NCBI GenBank assembly: GCA_937924445.1
Contig: CALDSX010000009.1
Span: forward strand, 25,141-89,140
Reading direction: 5' to 3'
DNA length: 64,000 nt
Origin: an uncultured Chthoniobacterales bacterium
GTDB taxonomy: Bacteria; Verrucomicrobiota; Verrucomicrobiia; Chthoniobacterales; CALDSX01
Under the pieces are notes generated by a model. It was not told the DNA's origin, did no database searches, and saw only the letters and a list, made by a program, of their open reading frames with translations. Position 1 is the stretch's first letter. Each line of letters begins with the position of its first letter. The position numbers were made by a program, and so were the translations under genes. Below, piece after piece: positions 57,146-64,000 of the stretch.

Positions 57146-58042
57146 ATGTTACCTGTGCGAACGCTCATCATTGGTAGCGGGGGACGTCTTGGGCGAGCCC
57201 TCTCTGTGGCTTTCCAGAGCAAAGGGCACCTCGTCCAGGCGTTTGATCGCTCCATGCTCGATCTTTCATCTGCCAACGCGATTGAGTCGACACTCCGACC
57301 GCTCGAATTCGATCTGCTCATCAATTCCGCCGCTGCGACCAACGTGGATCGCTGTGAGATACACCCCGATGAGGCTTTTGCGGTCAATGCCAACGCCCCC
57401 GGCCATCTGGCTCGTATTGCGTTCGACAAAGGAGCGTGGCTTATTCATCTCAGCACGGATTACGTGTTCGATGGCCAAACCAATCGTCCACTCACAGAGC
57501 AGGACGAGCCAAACCCTGTCAGTGTCTATGGCCGCTCCAAACTCGCTGGAGAGCAGGCGGTGCTGGCCGTCTCGACGGCTTTTCTCAACGTCCGGGTCTC
57601 ATGGGTTTTTGGCCCAGAACGCCCGAGTTTTCTGGATTGGGTGATTGACCAGGCAAGGATAAGCTCCTCTATCGCTGCGATTGGGGATAAGTTTTCTGCC
57701 CCCAGTTACACCAGAGATCTCGCTTCCTGGCTGTTGTACCTCATGGAAATGCCGGACCGACCAAGCGGTCTTTTACACCTATGCAACTCAGGCTCCTGTT
57801 CATGGCTGGAATACGGGCAATTCGCTTTGGACACCCTCCTAAGTGCAGGGCAGACGTTGGTCTGTTCAAAGATCGCTTTCAAGCGCTTGGCTGAGATGGA
57901 AAAATTTGTAGCCTGTCGTCCAGTTTTCTCAACGCTCTCCACTGCAAGATTCAGGGCGCTGACAGGATTGGAACCGCGTTCGTGGCAGGAGGCGGTAAGA
58001 GAATATGTGCTCAAGCATAAACTGATGGCCACTGCCGCATAA
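57146..58042 (+). CDS. rfbD: dTDP-4-dehydrorhamnose reductase
   Basis: IIGSGGRLGRAL, STDYVFDG and YGRSKLAGE. 298 aa. Starts 3 nt after rfbB. Confidence 0.9.
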   Translation: MLPVRTLIIGSGGRLGRALSVAFQSKGHLVQAFDRSMLDLSSANAIESTLRPLEFDLLINSAAATNVDRCEIHPDEAFAVNANAPGHLARIAFDKGAWLIHLSTDYVFDGQTNRPLTEQDEPNPVSVYGRSKLAGEQAVLAVSTAFLNVRVSWVFGPERPSFLDWVIDQARISSSIAAIGDKFSAPSYTRDLASWLLYLMEMPDRPSGLLHLCNSGSCSWLEYGQFALDTLLSAGQTLVCSKIAFKRLAEMEKFVACRPVFSTLSTARFRALTGLEPRSWQEAVREYVLKHKLMATAA

Positions 58043-58136
58043 CCTGTCGGCAAAGTCGGGGTGTCCCTCTTCCCTCGCGAGGTGGCTGGCTTCTGTGTTG
58101 GCTTGCAAACCTTATGTTTCGAGGGATGTTTTCTAG

Positions 58137-59117
58137 GTGTTTGAGAATAATACAGAAATGTCGGACACTTGGCGAGATCGTTCAGGAGTGTTGCGTGCGC
58201 TGGGCTTTTTTCTGCTCTTAGCTGCTTCGGGGACACTCTTTGCTGCCCCGATCCTCTTCCTACGCAAAAACGGAAGCATCATGGAAGCGATTGGTCTGTT
58301 TTTCCAGTGTTTTCCGCTGGGCGTGACGCTCTTGATCTGTGGCTTTGGGTTAAGTCGATTGCGACGATGGTCTCTACCGGCGGTTATTGTTGTGTCGTTT
58401 GTGTTTCTCGCAAAGGGAGTCCTGTTTACGTTGCAATTTATCAACCAACTCCCGTTGCTTATCGAGCAATTTGCACTCTCTCAGAAAGCACTGTCACCAG
58501 ATTTGATTGAGGGATTGCAGAGATTTAGTATCCTCTTAGCAGCTTTTGTCTATCTGTTCCTGCCTGCCGTTTACCTTTGGGTGGTTTCCGGACGCAACGC
58601 AGCGCGCACCGTTGCTTCAAAAGATTCCACTTCACCCTGGATGGAACACATACCGGGCCCTGTGCTAGCGCTTGCTTTTCTTTTTGCTTGGGAAGGGGCT
58701 GGCTTGTTGACGATGCTCTGGTTTAACGCCGCCGTTCCGGTTTTTGGGCGGGTTGTCTATGGCGGATCTGGCTTTTGCGTGCTGACGGGGGCGGCATTAT
58801 GCTGTTTTGCATGCGCGCGTGGATTGGCAAAAAAGGCGCTTAGCGCGTGGCGATTCGCTGTCGGCCTGCTCATTTTGGCTTCTACTAGTTGGGCGATCAC
58901 TTACCAAAAAAGCTCTGACCCGGCCCTCTATCGTGAGTTGTATGCACGCATGGGCTTTTTGGCTGACAATTTGCAACTATTGCTCCTTACAGAAGCTGGC
59001 CCTTGGAACGCACGCTGGACTCTTGCCGGAACAGTTGCCACGCTTGCTTATGCTCTTTGGTTGAAAAGATTTTTTGTTTGCTCAGATCAATGGTCAGAAG
59101 GGGAGGAGAACTCGTGA
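58137..59117 (+). CDS. Hypothetical polytopic membrane protein (about 8 TM)
   Basis: 326-aa ORF with hydrophobic segments throughout. The stop overlaps the coaX GTG start (GTGA). No family motif recognised. Confidence 0.55.
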   Translation: MFENNTEMSDTWRDRSGVLRALGFFLLLAASGTLFAAPILFLRKNGSIMEAIGLFFQCFPLGVTLLICGFGLSRLRRWSLPAVIVVSFVFLAKGVLFTLQFINQLPLLIEQFALSQKALSPDLIEGLQRFSILLAAFVYLFLPAVYLWVVSGRNAARTVASKDSTSPWMEHIPGPVLALAFLFAWEGAGLLTMLWFNAAVPVFGRVVYGGSGFCVLTGAALCCFACARGLAKKALSAWRFAVGLLILASTSWAITYQKSSDPALYRELYARMGFLADNLQLLLLTEAGPWNARWTLAGTVATLAYALWLKRFFVCSDQWSEGEENS

Positions 59118-59968
59118 AAAAAGCCCCCGTCCTTCTTATAGATGTCAGTAACTCATATACGAAACTTGCTTTCACAGATGGTGAACGCCTTATTCGCCGC
59201 TGGAAAGTTCCGACGCCAGATCTCTCTAACAGCGCAGAGTCGAGGCGCAAAACGTTAGTGCATCAAGGGCCTTGGGCACATTGTGTGCTTTCTTCCGTGG
59301 TCCCAACGGTTACCAAAGAAATAAGAGATACACTGCGAGGAGAAGGACTTCCGCTTCCACTGGTTGTTTCACATAAATGTCGCCTCGGTCTGGGGCTGGA
59401 CTATCCCAATTCGAGAACCATTGGGGCAGACCGCCTGGCCAATGCGGCAGCCGCCGCCGCTCTGTACGGGTATCCGGCGGTTGTGGTTGATTTTGGCACA
59501 GCAGTAACGTTTGACATTATAGACTCCACCCGTCGATACGTTGGCGGGGTCATTGCGCCTGGTCTTGAGGCAATGACACACTACCTTCATGAACGAACCG
59601 CGTTGTTGCCGATGATCCATCTTCGAGAGCCACCAAAGATCATTGGCAAATCCACCCGAGAGGCGATGCTCTCGGGCGCTGTTCATGGCTACCGAGGATT
59701 AGTGCGGGAGATCCTTTCAGAAATCCAAGCTGTTCCGACTATCGGAAGCAAGGCAGCGGTTATTGCAACTGGTGGCTATGCAAAATTGATCGCTGCAAAA
59801 TTATCTGTCATTCAAATCGTTGATCCAGATCTCACTCTGCACGGCGTGCGAATCATCGGAAATCTAAACCTCCAAATGAACGCCACAGTGCAACGGTATT
59901 CTCAAAGTCCGGCAGTTCATGGGATCCGAATGCCCGCACCGGCATCACCCCGAGGCCGCTTGAGGTAA
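59114..59968 (+). CDS. coaX: Type III pantothenate kinase
   Basis: LLIDVSNSYTKLAF, GADRLANAAAA, VVVDFGTAVTFD and ATGGYA. GTG at 59114 is the plausible start (the track ORF opens at 59003). About 30 extra C-terminal residues overlap the convergent gene. Confidence 0.9.
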   Translation: MKKAPVLLIDVSNSYTKLAFTDGERLIRRWKVPTPDLSNSAESRRKTLVHQGPWAHCVLSSVVPTVTKEIRDTLRGEGLPLPLVVSHKCRLGLGLDYPNSRTIGADRLANAAAAAALYGYPAVVVDFGTAVTFDIIDSTRRYVGGVIAPGLEAMTHYLHERTALLPMIHLREPPKIIGKSTREAMLSGAVHGYRGLVREILSEIQAVPTIGSKAAVIATGGYAKLIAAKLSVIQIVDPDLTLHGVRIIGNLNLQMNATVQRYSQSPAVHGIRMPAPASPRGRLR

Positions 59969-60659
59969 GAAACGCCGCTGTCGCCGCTTTAAACATACCC
60001 AAGTCAACAGATTCTTCCGCCGCATCCAAAAGCGGCAGCACCCTGGCGCGAAGCACCCCAGGGCGGGCACCGTCTTCCTCCAGCGGGGTTACCCAGCGAT
60101 CTCCCAAACAAAGAAAAAGATTCGCCATTGCAGCCCCTTTGACTCGCCCGTTCCAAGCCGTGATCACTACCTCATCATAACCTCTCTGCCGTGCGTCCCA
60201 CAACACATCAATGTTGGCCCAGTAATTGAGCGTTTTGATGTGGCGATGAATAGTTCGATCACACAAAACCGGCTCTGCAACAGCGTAGCCTCTCTGATAA
60301 CGTTCTTGAGGCAAAGGAGCACACGCTTCAAAAAAGAGAAACTCGCGTGGCTCAAGAACAGGATCACGCGGCCCGCCATCGCCTGCCGTCAGGATGAGTC
60401 GCAGGCTTCCATCGGGGAGAGTGGCGGCAAGATGCTCAATCGCTGATTGCCGGAGAGACCCAACCTGTTCAAGGGGAAGGCCAGTTTCCAAACAGGCACG
60501 CTCAAAAAGTTCAAGATGAGCAGGGAGAAATTCCGCTCTGCCCAGGCGGATCCTGATCGTTTCAAACACACCCATACCGTAACGGAAACCGCGGTCAGAA
60601 AGTTGTATCCCAAGGGTTGGTTCTAGACATCCCCGGCTAAATTTCCACGCACCCGTCAT
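59853..60659 (-). CDS. Class IV aminotransferase-fold protein (aminodeoxychorismate lyase / BCAT-like)
   Basis: 268 aa. DRGFRYGMGVFETIR N-terminal block, typical of fold-type IV PLP enzymes (PabC/IlvE/Dat). Confidence 0.8.
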   Translation of the reverse strand: MTGAWKFSRGCLEPTLGIQLSDRGFRYGMGVFETIRIRLGRAEFLPAHLELFERACLETGLPLEQVGSLRQSAIEHLAATLPDGSLRLILTAGDGGPRDPVLEPREFLFFEACAPLPQERYQRGYAVAEPVLCDRTIHRHIKTLNYWANIDVLWDARQRGYDEVVITAWNGRVKGAAMANLFLCLGDRWVTPLEEDGARPGVLRARVLPLLDAAEESVDLGMFKAATAAFLTSSGLGVMPVRAFGSHELPDFENTVALWRSFGGLDFR

Positions 60660-60669
60660 ACATCCAACA

Positions 60670-62253
60670 TCATGCGGCGCCCTCTGCTTTAATGCCGGAT
60701 GGGTTTACCTGGGTGGCAGCTGGTTGCGGTTCATCGTAAGAAATCCTGCGATGCAACATGCTCGCCAAAGTCGCCTTAAAACTGTCAGCGATCTCCCAAA
60801 TTTCCGCCAGAGTGAGTTCGCAGTCGTCAAGTTGACGTTCGGCGATGCGGGTTTCTATAATGTCGTCAACCAACTGTTCAATTTTTTGCGGAGTAGGATT
60901 TGCAAGAGAACGGGAGGCACTTTCAACGGAGTCGGCCAAACTTATAATTCCCGACTCGGGGAATTGTGGTTTTGGCCCGCTATAACGGAAGTTGTCTTCA
61001 CATACCCCAGGGATGTCTTCCTCTCGCATGTTGGTTATCTTTCCGCCACGCCTTGCGTCCTCTTGAATGCGCAGGGAGCGCTGGTAGAAATAGGTGACCA
61101 AAGAGGTTCCGTGGTGCTGTTGGATAACGTCAACTATGGTTTGGTTTAACTTGTGTTTGAGGGCTAGATCCACACCCTCTTTCACGTGTGCAAGGATAAT
61201 AAGGGCCGACATTGTCGGGGTGAGGTCATCATGCGGGCTGCGACCCGGAGGAATGTTTTCTGTAAAATACTCCGGCTTAACTAACTTACCAATGTCATGG
61301 AAATAGGCGCACACCCGACAGATGGTATCGTTTGCTCCAATTCGCTCGGCTGCTGCCTCAGCAAGTTGAGCCACAGCCATGCTATGATAATACGTGCCTG
61401 GCGCTCGAAGGCTCATCTCGCTAAGTAGCGGGTGATTAAGGTCAGCCATCTCTAGCCAGGAAATGTCTGTTGTCACGCCGAAGGCGCTCTCAAACACCGG
61501 CAACAAACCTCCCACAAGTGTTGCTGTCAGAATTCCGGAAGCCACAGCGACCATAACCTGTTTCACAAAAAATACCCACACACCATTCCCAAAAACGGGA
61601 GGGATAGCGATGAGCCCAAACGCCATGTAAAGAACGCATGTGGCAAGGCCCGCAAAAAATCCGGCTCGAATAAGCCGGGCACGGCGACGCACCTGAAGCG
61701 TCAGGAAAACCGCTGTAAAACCACTGATCAAGCCGATGACCAACAGAAAAGCGTCAATCTTCTCGTGCAAAATTGAACCGAGCAAACTGGCGAACGTGGC
61801 GGCATAAAGACCGTGGTTGCGCCCGAGCAACACACTGAGGGTCAACGGGGCAAAAGCATGAGGAATCGCCAAAAATATCAACGGACGAATCTCGTCGTAA
61901 GCCAATCCATAGATGAGACACGCCTTGGTGGCTCCGAGTTGAATGAAAATCACACCAAGAATAAGCGCCAACCGGGAATTCTGTGCGAAGGAGTGATTAT
62001 GGTTAATCCAAAGCTGAGCAACGGCGGTGGCCAAGATCAACGACCCGATAAGCAGCCGCTTGAAAAAAAACGCGAAGTCGCCACTCGGTAACAAATAGCT
62101 CAACACAATCAAAAAAACGCAGAGAATCAGTGTCTTAATACCGTTGGAACATTCGAGAAACCGCGCCAACTCATTGTTGGGACGCCGACGCCGGGTTTTT
62201 CCACAAGATAACCCTCTGCGAACAAGCTCGTTACGTTTCAAAAACTTGAGCAT
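60670..62253 (-). CDS. 7TM receptor with intracellular HD (HDIG) phosphohydrolase domain (PgpH/YqfF-like)
   Basis: 527 aa. Seven hydrophobic helices, then HSMAVAQLAEAAA...AYFHDIGK...QQHHG (HD domain). It lies directly downstream of phoH, as in many bacteria. Confidence 0.85.
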   Translation of the reverse strand: MLKFLKRNELVRRGLSCGKTRRRRPNNELARFLECSNGIKTLILCVFLIVLSYLLPSGDFAFFFKRLLIGSLILATAVAQLWINHNHSFAQNSRLALILGVIFIQLGATKACLIYGLAYDEIRPLIFLAIPHAFAPLTLSVLLGRNHGLYAATFASLLGSILHEKIDAFLLVIGLISGFTAVFLTLQVRRRARLIRAGFFAGLATCVLYMAFGLIAIPPVFGNGVWVFFVKQVMVAVASGILTATLVGGLLPVFESAFGVTTDISWLEMADLNHPLLSEMSLRAPGTYYHSMAVAQLAEAAAERIGANDTICRVCAYFHDIGKLVKPEYFTENIPPGRSPHDDLTPTMSALIILAHVKEGVDLALKHKLNQTIVDVIQQHHGTSLVTYFYQRSLRIQEDARRGGKITNMREEDIPGVCEDNFRYSGPKPQFPESGIISLADSVESASRSLANPTPQKIEQLVDDIIETRIAERQLDDCELTLAEIWEIADSFKATLASMLHRRISYDEPQPAATQVNPSGIKAEGAA

Positions 62254-62271
62254 AAAAACCGTTCGTAAATT

Positions 62272-63282
62272 TCAGCGGCTCGGAACTCTGCGCTCATGAG
62301 ACGCACCGCGGTGTTTACGGTAGGCCGCCACAATGGCTCGCACAAGATCATGCCGAATGACGTCACCTTCATCAAATTGAACTGTCGCCACGCCGGGCAC
62401 GTTTTTAAGCGCATCACGCGCCTCCACTAGACCAGAAACTTTCTGCGGCGGCAGGTCAATCTGAGTGGCATCCCCTGTGACCACACATTTCGAGCCGACT
62501 CCGAGCCGTGTCAAAAGCATAAACATCTGCTCCACCGTGGCATTTTGCCCCTCGTCGAGGATGATAAAGGCCTTGGAGAGTGTCCGCCCGCGCATGTAGG
62601 CCAAGGGAGCTATCTCAATGGTTCCCCGCTCGACGTGACGCTGAATTTCTTCCGGCTCAAACATATCGTGCAATGCGTCATACAGGGGGCGAAGATAGGG
62701 CAAAATTTTTTCCTGAAAGTTACCCGGCAAAAACCCGAGCGCCTCTCCAGCTTCAACTGCCGGTCGGGTGAGAATTATGCGGCTAACGCGATCTTGACGC
62801 AGAGCCGCAACGGCTGCGGCGACAGCAAGATAGGTTTTGCCGGTCCCGGCAGGTCCGAGCCCAAGAACCAGATCTTCCCGGCTGATGGCTCGCAGATAGG
62901 TGAGCTGACCTGGAGTGCGTGGCAAAATGGGTGGGCGCTTTGCGGAACAGACCACTCGGGCGGCTGCGAGCTGACGGGGATCACCATCCTCTCCGGCATC
63001 CAGCCCTCGAAGGGCAAAAAGAAAAACGTGACGGTCAATCAGAAGCCCACTAGAACGGGCCTCTGCGAGCCGCCAGAAAAGCTTTTTCGCCCGTTCCACG
63101 CTCCCAACCTCACCCTCGATACGAATCCAGCCTTCCCGGGCAACCAAACGAACGCCAAGCTTCGCTTCGGCAAGGCGAAGCAGTGAGGGATCGTCCGCCG
63201 CGAGAGCCATCGGTGTTCTTTCACTGTCAAAATCGAGGGTCTCAATCATCGGAGCCTCCCCCGAAGTGCGGGGTGTATTCAT
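62272..63282 (-). CDS. phoH: PhoH-family ATPase (YbeZ-like)
   Basis: Walker A GPAGTGKTYLAVA, Walker B FIILDEGQN, and GDATQIDLP. 336 aa. Confidence 0.93.
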   Translation of the reverse strand: MNTPRTSGEAPMIETLDFDSERTPMALAADDPSLLRLAEAKLGVRLVAREGWIRIEGEVGSVERAKKLFWRLAEARSSGLLIDRHVFLFALRGLDAGEDGDPRQLAAARVVCSAKRPPILPRTPGQLTYLRAISREDLVLGLGPAGTGKTYLAVAAAVAALRQDRVSRIILTRPAVEAGEALGFLPGNFQEKILPYLRPLYDALHDMFEPEEIQRHVERGTIEIAPLAYMRGRTLSKAFIILDEGQNATVEQMFMLLTRLGVGSKCVVTGDATQIDLPPQKVSGLVEARDALKNVPGVATVQFDEGDVIRHDLVRAIVAAYRKHRGASHERRVPSR

Positions 63283-63722
63283 CTGTAACCGTAGGCTAGC
63301 CCCCAGGAGGAGCGTTCCTCCTTCGCAGATTCCACCGTTACAATAACGTAATATGTGCCGGTGCGTTTAGGAATCACTCGTGCCCCCGAGTAGCGAGTTT
63401 TTTGAAAACTCTCTGAGTCAACGAGCTTGCCGTCTTTATCGTAAATGTGCACCGACACTTTTGAGCCATCGGTGTCTGTGCCGACCCAGAACCAATATTC
63501 CAACCCTCTGAAAAGCTGCTGAGGAATGACTTTCTGCTCGTTCTTCCCAAGGTCGCCCCCCCAATAATCTTCGCGGACAGTGAACCCATTTTTCACGTAG
63601 TCGACAGCAGCTTCGAGAGCGAACGAAAGCGAATCGTTCACAGTTGCTCCAACGTACTTGCCACCCACAAGGGTCGCAAACCAGATGAGGAAAAAAAGCA
63701 AGGTTTTGTTACCAACGCGCAT
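63279..63722 (-). CDS. Hypothetical small secreted beta-rich protein
   Basis: The track ORF opens at 63809. The Met of MRVGNKTLLFFLIWFATLVGG at 63722 has a GGAGGAA Shine-Dalgarno 5 nt upstream and gives a signal peptide. The stop overlaps the phoH start by 4 nt. Confidence 0.5.
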   Translation of the reverse strand: MRVGNKTLLFFLIWFATLVGGKYVGATVNDSLSFALEAAVDYVKNGFTVREDYWGGDLGKNEQKVIPQQLFRGLEYWFWVGTDTDGSKVSVHIYDKDGKLVDSESFQKTRYSGARVIPKRTGTYYVIVTVESAKEERSSWGLAYGYR

Positions 63723-63723
63723 T

Positions 63724-64000
63724 TTATTCCTCCGTGGCAAGAATGGATACCACGAGTTCAGAGGTGATTTCATGGATTTTAATGACAGACTCTTTGGAAA
63801 TAACGTCATTTCCGTCGCCGATCAGTGGGCGAATTTTTTTAAGTCCAGATTTGATCGAAACAACAAAAGAGCTCGCCTCAAGCCCGGGTGGCATCGAGTG
63901 GAGCTGGCTTGAAAAATAGTCGATCAGAAGCGGTTGGTTGAGCAACTCCGCACGATCTGCAGAATAGTTTTTTTCGATGATTGATGTAACCACCTCCGTT
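63724..64000 (-). CDS. Hypothetical protein, C-terminal part (frame open to window end)
   Basis: The reverse frame ending at the TAA (63726-63724) is open up to position 64000. The GTG at 63993 may or may not be the start. No motif recognised. Confidence 0.4.
   Translation of the reverse strand, partial: TEVVTSIIEKNYSADRAELLNQPLLIDYFSSQLHSMPPGLEASSFVVSIKSGLKKIRPLIGDGNDVISKESVIKIHEITSELVVSILATEE

Noticed and set aside
58071-58080. A perfect 10-bp palindrome CCTCGCGAGG just after rfbD.
   Set aside because: It has no loop, so it cannot be a hairpin terminator. It is short enough to occur by chance, and no partner site was seen.
1-64000. A window-wide look for CRISPR arrays, transposases/integrases, toxin-antitoxin pairs, known defence-system genes, rRNA, tRNA, tmRNA, RNase P and SRP RNA signatures.
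   Set aside because: No spaced direct-repeat arrays. No DDE or tyrosine-recombinase-like ORFs. No GTTCGAATC-type T-loops outside coding sequence. No GAGGAAAGTCCGGGC (RNase P) or GGAAGGAAGCAGC-like (SRP) strings were seen. Absence is by eye only and should be confirmed with tRNAscan-SE, Infernal and ISfinder-type searches.

Overview
This looks like a gene-dense chromosomal segment of a Gram-negative bacterium. It is probably a member of the PVC group, Verrucomicrobiota-like. That placement is an inference from a PEP-CTERM sorting signal, an SPGNSIGTL beta-strand motif, a Tat-exported aldo/keto reductase and overlapping start/stop codons between adjacent genes. I can support about 57 protein-coding genes, and nearly all are housekeeping. 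They include rpoD-dnaG-miaA, tkt, prs-ctc, yajC, rlmH, der, pgsA, nrdJ, gatCA, a fumC-like lyase, trmB, methylmalonyl-CoA mutase mutA/mutB, nrnA-truB-ribF, mtnA, rfbBD, coaX and phoH-pgpH. I found no rRNA, tRNA, CRISPR array, transposase, integrase or prophage genes. The stretches most worth a second look are listed here. (1) A six-gene operon (43.9-50.6 kb) encodes a giant TPR protein, a secreted helical protein, ExbB and two ExbD. The slot normally held by TonB encodes a membrane-anchored protein with TonB-like topology that ends in a VWA/MIDAS domain. (2) An ECF sigma / anti-sigma pair is followed by an HtrA-like PDZ protein in which all three catalytic-triad positions appear substituted. 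(3) A SulP-STAS-CBS fusion transporter sits with a stand-alone CBS-pair protein and an orphan PhoU. (4) A LuxR-family regulator lies divergent from a seven-bladed FG-GAP-like propeller / PEP-CTERM protein that was built by duplicating a three-blade cassette. (5) An RRM protein has an Arg/Ser/Lys-rich N-terminal extension and a roughly 470-bp upstream region with no credible gene. All calls come from reading the translated ORFs and the DNA by eye. No database search was run.
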